Translations under genes and position numbers: made by a program
The notes under the pieces: model-generated
Databases searched by the model: none
Told to the model about the DNA's origin: nothing
What the model saw: the letters and a program-made list of their open reading frames with translations, nothing else
NCBI GenBank assembly: GCA_008080745.1
Contig: SHMX01000003.1
Coordinates: 150,001 to 182,000, forward strand
DNA length: 32,000 nucleotides
From: Candidatus Thorarchaeota archaeon
Lineage (GTDB): Archaea > Asgardarchaeota > Thorarchaeia > Thorarchaeales > Thorarchaeaceae
Reading direction: 5' to 3'
Shown here: positions 1 through 9,176 of the stretch, one piece after another
How the letters are laid out: each line of letters starts with the position of its first letter
How positions within the stretch are numbered: the first letter of the stretch is position 1

Positions 1-525
1 GTTGGTTATGTTGCATTTACTGTGCATATTAATTCTACATGGGATTCAGTAAATCTCTCAGTTTACATCGATAATGAGGTCGTTGAAGGACTGGCAAATA
101 TATCGATTGACCTTACTGAAAACGACGGGGATTATACATTCTATATCGATACGAGTCTCTATTCCAAATGGGAACATACACTGAAAATTGTAGTTGTAAC
201 ACCTGAAGAGATTACATCTGAAGAAGAAGGTACCTTTGGGTTTGCAAATATTCGGATTGAAGAAGTTATCAGCTTGGTGGCGCTTCTAGCTATAGCTATT
301 GCCATTCCCATGTCAAGGAAGAAGAGTGGTCAACCACTACAGCCAATTATTCTAGCAGACGTATTGTTTGTTGCTGTAGTTATGGGATTATTCTTGCTAC
401 TTGGTGTGACTTCGATTCCAGTGGCAATATGGCACTTTAACCTGGCAAGTGTGTGGGCAGTTGGTTTAACTCTAATTGGCTTAAACTGGGTAATGCCCTT
501 TATTTCAGGTGAAGTTGAAGAATAA
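1..525 (+). CDS. 3' part of a membrane-anchored surface protein (beta-rich Ig-like segment followed by about 3 TM helices); 5' end lies outside the window
   Basis: Frame is open from base 1 (VGYVAFTVHI...), so the GTG at 22 is probably not the true start. Beta-strand-like YTFYIDTS...HTLKIVV is followed by three hydrophobic stretches. Confidence 0.7.
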   Translation, partial: VGYVAFTVHINSTWDSVNLSVYIDNEVVEGLANISIDLTENDGDYTFYIDTSLYSKWEHTLKIVVVTPEEITSEEEGTFGFANIRIEEVISLVALLAIAIAIPMSRKKSGQPLQPIILADVLFVAVVMGLFLLLGVTSIPVAIWHFNLASVWAVGLTLIGLNWVMPFISGEVEE

Positions 526-530
526 TAGAA

Positions 531-1388
531 TCAAACCAACCTAGTCACAGGAATATGTCTGTCAGTCTCCAAAGACCAATCAGCAACCTCCATAAATTTG
601 GAGAGTTGATCTTTGGGGACTCGACTTTCCACTGTTTTACTTCTCCATTTCGATGCGTGTTTTCCAGTCTTAGCAATTACAACATCGACGTAAGCTTCTC
701 CAGATTTCGTCACATCAACCACAAATTCAGAACCAGAGCCGTTCTTTGATATGATTGCACCATACCCTATACATTCATCTTCAACAGTGAATTCAAGAAT
801 GTGTCCCTTTCGCCGTCCATCAATTATGTCTGCTGCAGTATCAACTAAGAGTCCAGGATGAGATAGATTCGAAAAACGCAGACTTCGAGGTATTGTGGAG
901 GAACCATTTAGAATTCTACACTTCACAATTCGAGACCGCTTTGTTGGTATATTATCAGGATGAGTTTCTATCCGAACTAGTTCTCCACGCGAATAGTATT
1001 TTATCTTCATCCAAAAATTATAGGCCTCAGGCGGCGAATCCGCAATGACTCGTGTCACTCCCTTCTTTCTCAAGATTTCCTCAGCAGCTTGTGTAAGTGA
1101 TTTTCCAATTGATTGTTTTTGATAACGTATATCCACACTCATATCACGGATGAGCCCAAGCTTACCAGTTCTGGAGTTACGTTCAGTTCGGAAAATTATT
1201 TCCCCAACAACTCTACTATCTATCTCAGCAACCAGCCAACCCCATCTGGAAAAATGTGAGCCTCTGTGAAGATCTTTGACTTCCTCTACAGTAGAATATC
1301 CATCTTGCCAGTGAGTTCCCATGTAAACGGTGAGCAAGTCCACACAATCTTCTAATCTTCCATTTCTGATAGTGAGCATGACATACAT
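531..1388 (-). CDS. GNAT-family N-acetyltransferase, probably with a degenerate second GNAT domain
   Basis: WLVAEIDSRVVGEI, then MSVDIRYQKQSIGKSL (acetyl-CoA-binding motif A, V..xxQxxxIG), then AYNFWMKIKY (motif B). Confidence 0.8.
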   Translation of the reverse strand: MYVMLTIRNGRLEDCVDLLTVYMGTHWQDGYSTVEEVKDLHRGSHFSRWGWLVAEIDSRVVGEIIFRTERNSRTGKLGLIRDMSVDIRYQKQSIGKSLTQAAEEILRKKGVTRVIADSPPEAYNFWMKIKYYSRGELVRIETHPDNIPTKRSRIVKCRILNGSSTIPRSLRFSNLSHPGLLVDTAADIIDGRRKGHILEFTVEDECIGYGAIISKNGSGSEFVVDVTKSGEAYVDVVIAKTGKHASKWRSKTVESRVPKDQLSKFMEVADWSLETDRHIPVTRLV

Positions 1389-1450
1389 CTCTCATTCGTT
1401 CTGTTGAGAGAGTTGTATGAAGTATGCACTTAAGATTGAGTAACACACGG

Positions 1451-2374
1451 TCACTTTGAGATAATATCCGCCACTCTAAGAACATTTGTTACCAGTTTGA
1501 CACCTGAAGGGCCAAAAGCATAGAGTATAGGTTCAATCCCGATTCCACCAGGGACAGATATAGCAATTAATGATGAGTCCCCTGGTTCAATACGTTCTAT
1601 CTCAGCCAAAATCTCCGCGACATCACTACAAGCCATATCAAGTCGAAATGTGGCAAATCCAGATGATTCTGATGCTTTGATAATATCATCCTGCCCGCGT
1701 AATGATAGACAAGCCCTGGGAGTGTCCCATGCCCTTTTTGCGCCTAGTACAAGTTCAGCAGTATGACGTGATGCACCAAATTGGGGATGCATCAATACAC
1801 GTGCTCTGCCCTTAACTAGAGTGATTCTCCCCGGTACAGCAAGGACATCCTGAGGTGTTCTAGAGTTCTTTTCACAAACTACTAGGTTTGGTCTTACCTG
1901 CGGCATTAGATCGGGAAAAAGAGATGACTGTTCTAACATAACCAATGATTGCTTCATATCTTGTACTATTCTAGCACGACTTGTAAATACACTATTTGAA
2001 CCACTCAGTAGTTCTGAACATATCTGACATTTCTCCTCAGCTAAATCAATATTAGTTGAAGAGTGACGATGGCAAATCTCTGAACTGACTCTTGATAACA
2101 TACAGCCTGAACAGAGTTCTTGAAGCACTTTAGAGGAGCTATAAGAGTCAGAAAGGAGTCGTTCCGCAATACGATTGGATAGAGCACCCACATCATATAT
2201 TGTTTGGTTTGTCCTCGAATCACTACGCAGATATTTACTGACTGCTGCTTGTGTGATCCCCATTCGCGAAGCTATCTCTGTCTGAGATAGATTCTTTTCA
2301 TACAATAACTTTGCCACTGTAGCTCGTACTAAGGGGAGATATTCGTTCTGGACAAGTTCACAGGGAGGTCGCAT
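1451..2374 (-). CDS. thiR: ThiR-type transcriptional regulator: HTH, Cys/His metal-binding segment and ThiN-like thiamine-phosphate-binding domain
   Basis: MRPPCE...LPLVRATVAKLL...SQTEIASRMGITQAAVSKYL (HTH); CSGC...CHRH...CQIC; ThiN-like PQVRPNLV...DVLAVPGRI...PQFGASRHTA...GGIGIEPILY; divergent from thiBPQ. Confidence 0.88.
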   Translation of the reverse strand: MRPPCELVQNEYLPLVRATVAKLLYEKNLSQTEIASRMGITQAAVSKYLRSDSRTNQTIYDVGALSNRIAERLLSDSYSSSKVLQELCSGCMLSRVSSEICHRHSSTNIDLAEEKCQICSELLSGSNSVFTSRARIVQDMKQSLVMLEQSSLFPDLMPQVRPNLVVCEKNSRTPQDVLAVPGRITLVKGRARVLMHPQFGASRHTAELVLGAKRAWDTPRACLSLRGQDDIIKASESSGFATFRLDMACSDVAEILAEIERIEPGDSSLIAISVPGGIGIEPILYAFGPSGVKLVTNVLRVADIISK

Positions 2375-2405
2375 CGATAGGGTCTCCGAGACGTATTTAT
2401 TGGGG

Positions 2406-2434
2406 TGTGTATTATAACTAAGTTGTATAACACA
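2406..2434. promoter_or_regulatory. Imperfect 29-bp palindrome, candidate ThiR operator overlapping the divergent promoters
   Basis: TGTGTATTATAACTAAGTTGTATAACACA: 11 of 14 positions pair across the central A. It lies in the 75-bp gap between the thiR start and the likely thiB start. Confidence 0.65.
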
Positions 2435-2449
2435 GATATAAAGGGATTG

Positions 2450-3571
2450 ATGATGTCAACTAGTTACCCAACAAGAAAGAATCCAAAAACTATCATTTTG
2501 GCAATAGTGGTTGTAGCAACTATTGCAGTTGCTTCCTTTGCCATTCTGACTTGGCCAAGACCCAGTCTAAAGGTATACACATATGATAGCTTCATGCTTT
2601 GGGGAGATAATCCCGAAACCATTGATGAAACTGTATTTGGCCAATTCGAGATAGAACATGGAATTGATGTAGAAATTATACGGCTCCCAACAGATGCTAA
2701 CGGCATTGTTTCCAGACTAGTTGCGGAGTCTGAGAACCCTCAAGCGGATGTTGTAATAGGTATAGACAATATCCTAATTTTACAAGAAGCTGCAAAGTCT
2801 GTTCTTACCCCGTATTCATCACCTAACGTAGACCTGATTGATGAGGAGGTAGTGGATGCACTTGATCCAGACCACTATCTGATACCTTTCGATTTAGGTT
2901 TAGTATCAATAATATACGAAACCAATTTCATTAATTCAACATCCCATCCAACAATAGAGAATCTAACTTTGAGCAATCTTGCCACAGAAGAATTTGCTAC
3001 ATCACTTGTAACCGAAAACCCGCATCAGAGTAGTCCAGGACTGGCTTTTCTACTAAGCCAGATTACCATTGCTGAAAAGATACTGGAAACTGATTGGACT
3101 GATTGGTGGGATATAGTTAAGGACGATATCAATGTTCAGGCAGGTTGGACAGAAGCATGGACAATCTGGCATGACTCAAGTGAGCGCAACATGTTGGTAA
3201 GCTATGGGACAGATCCAGCCTATTCCTCATACTATTCAGGGGAAGCTCCTGATATCGCTGTAGCTCCATTCCATTACAATGATAATGATTATTCATGGAT
3301 GCAAATCGAGGGAATTGGACTGGTAAAGAATGGTCCAAACCAAGCTCTCGCAAAGCAATTTATTGACTATTGCCTTACTGCACAAGTACAGCAATATATT
3401 GCCCTGAATCAGTGGATGTTTCCTGCAAATCCTAATATTGAATTAGATGACGCATTCCAATACGCACTGCATCCAGAAGAAGTAAATCTTCTAAACACTT
3501 TAATGCCATCCTCAGAGATTGCAGCTAACCTAACACAATGGTTAGATGACTGGGATCTCATAATGGCATAG
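2450..3571 (+). CDS. thiB: Thiamine ABC transporter substrate-binding protein
   Basis: N-terminal TM anchor; LKVYTYDSF, ADVVIGIDN, TENPHQSSPGLAFL, LVSYGTDPAY, QIEGIGLVK, QWMFPAN are typical ThiB/TbpA motifs. Start moved from the GTG at 2405 (inside the operator) to the ATG at 2450 (or 2453). Confidence 0.9.
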   Translation: MMSTSYPTRKNPKTIILAIVVVATIAVASFAILTWPRPSLKVYTYDSFMLWGDNPETIDETVFGQFEIEHGIDVEIIRLPTDANGIVSRLVAESENPQADVVIGIDNILILQEAAKSVLTPYSSPNVDLIDEEVVDALDPDHYLIPFDLGLVSIIYETNFINSTSHPTIENLTLSNLATEEFATSLVTENPHQSSPGLAFLLSQITIAEKILETDWTDWWDIVKDDINVQAGWTEAWTIWHDSSERNMLVSYGTDPAYSSYYSGEAPDIAVAPFHYNDNDYSWMQIEGIGLVKNGPNQALAKQFIDYCLTAQVQQYIALNQWMFPANPNIELDDAFQYALHPEEVNLLNTLMPSSEIAANLTQWLDDWDLIMA

Positions 3572-3581
3572 GTGTAGATGA

Positions 3582-5228
3582 ATGGATAGGCGTGATGTAG
3601 TTAGATATGCAATAGTAGGAATTCCCTTTGCAATTCTGATTGTATTCATCGTCTATCCGGTCATCTCTGTTATTATCCGGGGGCTTTTGAGTCAACCAAG
3701 TGTAAATCTGCTGGAGGTAATCAACTCACCTATTACTCAGAGAACACTCATTTTTACTATAAGTCAAGCATCTGTTAGTACGTTTCTTACCATTATAATC
3801 GGACTACCAGGAGCATTCTTAATTGCCCGTATCAAGTTTCGAGGAAGATGGCTTGTACGAGCAGCAATTGTTGTTCCTTTTGTACTCCCGCCTATTGCTG
3901 TAGTTGTGGGTTTTATCCAAATGTTCGGACCCTATGGTTTTGTTGACTCCATTGCAATGACAATACTAGGGACAAACCAATCAGTTCTAAACTTCGCTTA
4001 TGGAATTATAGGCATTCTACTTGCTCATGTATTTTACAATATCCCACTGGTGATACTTATGGTGTCCTCTTCTTTGGAGAGGCTTAATCCAGACTTAGAA
4101 GATAGTGCTGAGAGCTTGGGTGCATCAAAGATACAGAAACTGCGACATATTATATTCCCCCACATCCGTTCATCCTTATTTGCATCCGGAATTCTGGTTT
4201 TTCTGTTTTGTTTCATGTCATTCCCAATTGTACTTGCTCTTGGAGAGAGAGGAATAATGACCGTAGAAGTGCAAATATGGAATGCTTTTCGAAATTTTGA
4301 TTATGGAGAAGCCAGTGCACTGGTACTACTCCAAATTATCATAACAATGGCATTAGCAATTTCATATATCTATCTAAACAGAGGTGCAACGGATTCTTCT
4401 GGAGAAACAAGAAGCATAAGGAGAATTGGTTTGAGTGACCTTGAACTGAAAGAAAAAATTCTTGGTTCAATCTATCTTATCCTCATTTTAATTCTAATAG
4501 CTGGTCCTATTCTTGCACTCGGTCGAGCTTCGATTTTTGATCCGACTACTGGAACTTATACACTCCGTGGATTTGAGAATCTACTTGAACTAGGTCAAGG
4601 AGGTGGCCTGATACCATTAATCAACAGTCTCTACTACGGAGGACTTGCAACCATTCTGGCAATTGTATTGGGTATACCCTTGGCCTACGCCCATCAACAG
4701 CGTGGAAAGACAATGCCAACATTGTCATCTATTATGACATTATTGCCTCTTGGAATCTCATCCATAACTATTGCATATGGTCTCATGCTTATGATAGCAG
4801 TTCCTTTAGGACTCAGTTTTAATCCATGGCCCATAATAATCATAGCCCAGACTATTATTGGACTTCCTTTCACTGTACGATCCATCGAAATCTCTTTACA
4901 GAAAATAGATCAGAATATTCTCGATCAAGCAGAATCACTAGGTGCATCACGTTTACAGAAGTTATTTTTTGTAGAGTTACCACTGCTTGCACCAGGGATA
5001 CTTGTTGGTGGGGTTTTTGCTTTCGCAATGGCAATAGGGGAGATGTCTGCAACCCTCTTTATCGCCCTCCCACAAAATATCACGCTCTCAGTTCTAATTT
5101 ACCAGCAGCTTGGAGTTAGGAAGTTTGTTGAGGCTGGTGCAGCAGCAGTAATATTAGTTACACTTTGTTTTATCGCATTCCTAATAATAGAACGTATTTC
5201 AGAAGATAGTACAGGAGGTATGCTCTGA
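3582..5228 (+). CDS. thiP: Thiamine ABC transporter permease with two EAA loops
   Basis: Duplicated permease with LEDSAESLGAS and LDQAESLGAS EAA motifs, AHVFYNIP; stop codon overlaps the thiQ start (TGATG). Confidence 0.9.
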   Translation: MDRRDVVRYAIVGIPFAILIVFIVYPVISVIIRGLLSQPSVNLLEVINSPITQRTLIFTISQASVSTFLTIIIGLPGAFLIARIKFRGRWLVRAAIVVPFVLPPIAVVVGFIQMFGPYGFVDSIAMTILGTNQSVLNFAYGIIGILLAHVFYNIPLVILMVSSSLERLNPDLEDSAESLGASKIQKLRHIIFPHIRSSLFASGILVFLFCFMSFPIVLALGERGIMTVEVQIWNAFRNFDYGEASALVLLQIIITMALAISYIYLNRGATDSSGETRSIRRIGLSDLELKEKILGSIYLILILILIAGPILALGRASIFDPTTGTYTLRGFENLLELGQGGGLIPLINSLYYGGLATILAIVLGIPLAYAHQQRGKTMPTLSSIMTLLPLGISSITIAYGLMLMIAVPLGLSFNPWPIIIIAQTIIGLPFTVRSIEISLQKIDQNILDQAESLGASRLQKLFFVELPLLAPGILVGGVFAFAMAIGEMSATLFIALPQNITLSVLIYQQLGVRKFVEAGAAAVILVTLCFIAFLIIERISEDSTGGML

Positions 5229-6283
5229 TGGTTCGCGTTGAGCTAAAGCAACTCAATAGAGAATTCAAGGACGGAACTAGAATAGGCCCCATAGATCTTT
5301 CTGTTGAAGAAGGGGAGCTTGTGACCTTGCTTGGTCCGAGTGGGTCGGGTAAGACCACTACTCTCAGAATGGTCGCTGGATTTATCCCCATTGAAGAAGG
5401 TGACCTGCTGTTCGATGGAAAATCCGTCAAAGGATTATCGCCACGGGAAAGAACCATCGGAATGGTCTTTCAATCGATAGCATTGTTTCCCAATATGAAT
5501 GTCTTTCAAAATATTGCATTTGCTCTTGAGATGGCTGAGAAACCTCGTGGTGAGGTGATAAAGAGGGTTGAAGAGCTTGCCAATCTGCTGGGAATTGAAA
5601 AATTGCTTCATCGAGATATTCATGAGATAAGTGGTGGTGAAGGACAAAGAGTTGCACTAGCCAGAGCACTCGCCAGAAATCCTAAGCTTCTCCTCTTGGA
5701 TGAACCATTCTCAGCTCTGGACCCCCAATTACGAGAACGTCTTCAATACGAACTTAGGAGGATCCAACAGAGTCTAGGAATAACCACTATTTTCGTGACC
5801 CATAGTCAGCAAGAAGCATTTGCCATTTCTGACAGAATCGCAGTATTGGAGGATGGAGTGGTGGTTCAAGTAGGAACACCCAATGAGCTATATGAACATC
5901 CTGTCAACGATTTTGTTGCAAGATTCATTGGCTCTGGTAACGTCATTGAGGCATCTGTAGTTGAAACTGGTGAATCTGGTAGTGTGCTTCAATTCCATGG
6001 AATTGTAATAAACACAGAGAAAATTGTAACTAGTGAAAAAGTATTGATTTCTATAAAACCAGAGGACGTAGAAGTGTCTCTACAAGAAACGGAAAATTGT
6101 ATGAAAGGCACTCTTGTTTCTACAACACCCCAAGTAGGAGCGCTCCGATTAATGATTGAAATTGCAAATCAGCAAATTCTTTCTATAGTCGAGAATGGAA
6201 TTATGGATTCATTAGATGGACGGATTGGTAAAGAAATATTCGTGTCTTTCAAAGATAAAGGTGTACAGATTCTCAACCAATGA
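5228..6283 (+). CDS. thiQ: ABC transporter ATP-binding subunit with C-terminal TOBE domain
   Basis: Walker A GPSGSGKT, signature ISGGEGQR, Walker B LLLLDE, H-loop VTH; in operon with thiB and thiP. Confidence 0.88.
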   Translation: MVRVELKQLNREFKDGTRIGPIDLSVEEGELVTLLGPSGSGKTTTLRMVAGFIPIEEGDLLFDGKSVKGLSPRERTIGMVFQSIALFPNMNVFQNIAFALEMAEKPRGEVIKRVEELANLLGIEKLLHRDIHEISGGEGQRVALARALARNPKLLLLDEPFSALDPQLRERLQYELRRIQQSLGITTIFVTHSQQEAFAISDRIAVLEDGVVVQVGTPNELYEHPVNDFVARFIGSGNVIEASVVETGESGSVLQFHGIVINTEKIVTSEKVLISIKPEDVEVSLQETENCMKGTLVSTTPQVGALRLMIEIANQQILSIVENGIMDSLDGRIGKEIFVSFKDKGVQILNQ

Positions 6284-6287
6284 GAAA

Positions 6288-7478
6288 TTATTCGCTATAT
6301 TCTGAGCTTTCATCTTCTTCATCAGAAGAGCTGGATTGTAGACGACGAACACCCACATCGGTTTCAAGCATTTCTCGGTCTAGACTATCACGCATGTGTC
6401 TAATTATGCCATCGACCTCTTCTTCCCCAGGCAAGTCGGGAAGTTTCAGCTCCCTTCGTTCATCACTTTCTGAGAATGCGGCCAATAGATCTGGACCCCG
6501 AATTGGAGAGCCAATCTTTGATTCATATAGCTCTACTGCTTCCTCCGCCAAAAGCCTACGATCAACTAAAGCAAGTATTCGTTTTCGGATATATTGAGAA
6601 TTTTCAACCATATCTGGAACTTTGTATTTATTCAATAAAAGCCCAATAACCTTGTTGGTAGCACGCTTCTGGATTATTGAAAAAACTAGTGTAAAGTTAA
6701 TGACGATTGATAGGAGCGGCCCTAACGGTACCAGAATCACGAAAATTGGAATCCATGGGGCGGCACCTCCAGTATTTATTGTTAATTCAAGCCAAACTAG
6801 AATAATATCTACACCTGCAACAAATTCTAAGATATCTTCTAAATCGTCTCCGACATTACTGAGAGACCTATCTCTAACATCTAAATGGAAAAGACCTGCA
6901 GTCTTTATCAGCCATGGAGCATAGTAGAACTGCATTAAAATGAAAGGGAGTAGTGCGGTACAAATTATGAGAACATAAATCCCAAACAGCATAATATCTG
7001 CAGATTCAACCACTACTAACATATCGAAACTGATGATGGTCAATGCAATCCCAGTTACTAATACTGAACCATAAAGTGCTCTACGAAATATTTTGGAGAG
7101 AGATTGGTCAGACATATCAGGACAGAGAAAGTATTCACCTGTCTGACGTTTTAGAAAACTATGAATTTTCAAAGGTAATGATATCGACCTTGGATAATAG
7201 AGTATGATTATTCCAACTAATATTGCAACAACAGTGGCCCCTACGGAACCGATAAGCATCCAGGTAGTATACGGAATGATACGAGAGAGATCTATGCTTA
7301 CTTGATTGAAAGCGTACAGTAAATATAACAATCCCCAAGTAGATCCAATCATCAGTAGAATGGAAACTGTGAAACCAAGTATCAATTCCCACATACTGAT
7401 TGTTTTGGTTTCAGAAATTTGCTCCTTGTAAAAATCCATAGCATCTACCGTACCGGTCATAGATATCTCCAAAGACAA
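6288..7478 (-). CDS. Hypothetical multi-pass membrane protein with a charged, acidic cytoplasmic tail
   Basis: 396-aa ORF with about 6 hydrophobic segments and C-terminal SSSSDEEDESSEYSE; no family motif recognised. Confidence 0.7.
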   Translation of the reverse strand: MSLEISMTGTVDAMDFYKEQISETKTISMWELILGFTVSILLMIGSTWGLLYLLYAFNQVSIDLSRIIPYTTWMLIGSVGATVVAILVGIIILYYPRSISLPLKIHSFLKRQTGEYFLCPDMSDQSLSKIFRRALYGSVLVTGIALTIISFDMLVVVESADIMLFGIYVLIICTALLPFILMQFYYAPWLIKTAGLFHLDVRDRSLSNVGDDLEDILEFVAGVDIILVWLELTINTGGAAPWIPIFVILVPLGPLLSIVINFTLVFSIIQKRATNKVIGLLLNKYKVPDMVENSQYIRKRILALVDRRLLAEEAVELYESKIGSPIRGPDLLAAFSESDERRELKLPDLPGEEEVDGIIRHMRDSLDREMLETDVGVRRLQSSSSDEEDESSEYSE

Positions 7479-7644
7479 CTTGGAAATGTAATAGATAAGC
7501 GTATTTTAGACCAATATACTAGACTAGATACACTCTTTACTAATCTGACAAAGAAGTTTATAGAGAAAAATCCTATTCCATCCGAATAGGTATCTAACAC
7601 ACAAAGCTAAATATAGCGTAAATCGAGATAAACCGGTGTTGGAC

Positions 7645-7717
7645 ATACCGAACCAACTAAATAAGGCGTGGGAAAATCAATAATTTAACAAGCCCAGCTG
7701 ATATAGATGGTCGGTAT
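7645..7717 (+). other. Possible long irregular hairpin just upstream of the gelsolin-domain gene
   Basis: ATACCGA/TCGGTAT (7645-7651 with 7711-7717), then CCA/TGG, CTA/TAG and TGGG/CCCA nested pairings; read by eye, not folded computationally. Confidence 0.3.
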
Positions 7718-7735
7718 TGGGATAAAAAATACGTA

Positions 7736-8671
7736 GTGATTGAAATGGTACGGGGCTACGAAGTATCTGAAGACGGAACACTTCAAGAAGTAGAAATGGA
7801 TAAGGACAGCCTAGACTCGACAAAAGTAGTCTGTGTTGTTGATGACGAAACAAAGAGCATATACCTGTGGAAAGGAAGTCAAGCAGGTGTTCGAAAGAAG
7901 TTTATTGGTGCTAGGGTGGCAACCAACTTACGTACTGAATATGGTTTTCATTTCAAGGTTCGTCCACTTGATGAAGGTGAGGAACCACCTACATTCTTTA
8001 CTGCTCTTGATGGGACTACAGCTGCCACACCGGTATTAAAACCAGGTGATCCAACACCTCCCGAGTCCATAGCACCCCCGAAACCAAAACCTAAACCTAA
8101 ACCAAAAGAGAAAGAAACAACCTCAACACCACCCCCGAAGCCTAAACCAAAGCCCGCTTCAACTACTACTAGTTCTGCTTCAACTGCACCTCCAGTACCA
8201 AAGTCCACAGGTTCTACAGCAGCACCGAAAACAGCTGCTACCACTTCAGCACCAGCAGTATCATCAACGGAAATTCAAAGTATGATAAAGGAGCTAGAAG
8301 AAACTGAACCACCAGAGGGATATCGGAGAGAATTACTTATCGTGTATAATGAACTCTTCACAGTAGCTGAACATACCATCTCAGTCTTTGGACAAACCAA
8401 GATCGAACATAAATTTGAGAAGGTTAAAGACCCGCCAGAAGGGACTTTCATGGCTGAAGGTTTCGTTCCCCGTGTTATTGTAAAGGACGGCCGAGTCTTA
8501 GGTATCGAACTATTGAAAGGAACCCCTGATGCGATTCTTAGCCCAATTAAACAAGAGATGAAAGAACGTCTTGGAGACCTAATCACCTTCTTCAGGTCCG
8601 AAGTTGACGAGGGCACAATAGAGGAAGAAGAAAAGGGAAAAAGCGATAAGAAGAAACTCGTAGCCAAATAG
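7736..8671 (+). CDS. Gelsolin-domain protein with a Pro/Lys/Thr-rich linker and C-terminal 'X' domain (1DGelX-like architecture)
   Basis: N-terminal LDSTKVVCVVDDETKSIYLWKGSQAGVRKKFIGARVA...EGEEPPTF matches the gelsolin-repeat pattern (LD...IYLWxG...helix...QG.EP..F); about 85-aa low-complexity linker; C-terminal PPEGY.RE...PRVI domain. Confidence 0.82.
   Translation: MIEMVRGYEVSEDGTLQEVEMDKDSLDSTKVVCVVDDETKSIYLWKGSQAGVRKKFIGARVATNLRTEYGFHFKVRPLDEGEEPPTFFTALDGTTAATPVLKPGDPTPPESIAPPKPKPKPKPKEKETTSTPPPKPKPKPASTTTSSASTAPPVPKSTGSTAAPKTAATTSAPAVSSTEIQSMIKELEETEPPEGYRRELLIVYNELFTVAEHTISVFGQTKIEHKFEKVKDPPEGTFMAEGFVPRVIVKDGRVLGIELLKGTPDAILSPIKQEMKERLGDLITFFRSEVDEGTIEEEEKGKSDKKKLVAK
8009..8269 (+). 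repeat. Low-complexity PK-repeat and Thr/Ser/Ala-rich linker coding region
   Basis: Encodes PPKPKPKPKPK...PPPKPKPKP...STTTSSASTAPP; nucleotide AAACCT/AAACCA repeats at about 8079-8106. Confidence 0.8.
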
Positions 8672-8702
8672 GACAACGTCATATGCTTGAGGAGAGAAAG
8701 AG

Positions 8703-9092
8703 ATGTCATCACAACTAGATCCCGAAAAAGAAAGAGAACTTGTTGAACTTCTTATGGGACTAACTAACTATGCAGACCTAGACGCCATTGCAGTAATTAC
8801 TAAGCAGGGTGTGAAACTGGCATATTTCGCCACTGAAGAATCAGATACTGACCCAGATCTAATGGCAGCAGTAAGTGCTGCATTACTAGCAACTGGAGAA
8901 ATGGCAGCTGGGAGATTAGATCTTGATGAATTATTTGAAGTAACCGTGCGAGGAAAAAGGGGATTTGCTGTTCTTTCCCAAGCAGGAGAATTCCTACTAA
9001 TGGGAGCAGCACGCGATCTAACCTCAATGGGACTTGCTGTAACCCAAATGAGAAAATACGCCAGAGAAGTAGGAGCACTGCTTGGAAGATAG
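8703..9092 (+). CDS. Roadblock/LC7 (MglB-like) protein
   Basis: AIAVITKQGVKLA...DPDLMAAVSAALLATGEMAA...EVTVRGKRGFAVL...LLMGAA...MGLAVTQMR: roadblock pattern; GAGGAG RBS upstream; T-rich tract after the stop. Confidence 0.88.
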   Translation: MSSQLDPEKERELVELLMGLTNYADLDAIAVITKQGVKLAYFATEESDTDPDLMAAVSAALLATGEMAAGRLDLDELFEVTVRGKRGFAVLSQAGEFLLMGAARDLTSMGLAVTQMRKYAREVGALLGR

Positions 9093-9176
9093 CTTCCTTC
9101 TCTTTTTTTAAATTTTTAGCAGAATCCATAAACTGTAAATACTGAATATAATTGAGCACAAGCTCGGTTATGAGTC

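Noticed and set aside
2375-2449. TPP riboswitch upstream of thiB
   Set aside because: The gap is too short and AT-rich, and I found no TPP-aptamer consensus (CUGAGA...); a protein operator fits better.
8077-8150. Short tandem AAACCT/AAACCA repeats
   Set aside because: Explained by PK codons; not CRISPR (no constant repeat with spacers) and not an independent repeat element.
7948-8244. 98-aa Gly/Val/Phe-rich antisense ORF
   Set aside because: Mirror of the PK/Thr linker codons of the gelsolin gene; a shadow ORF.
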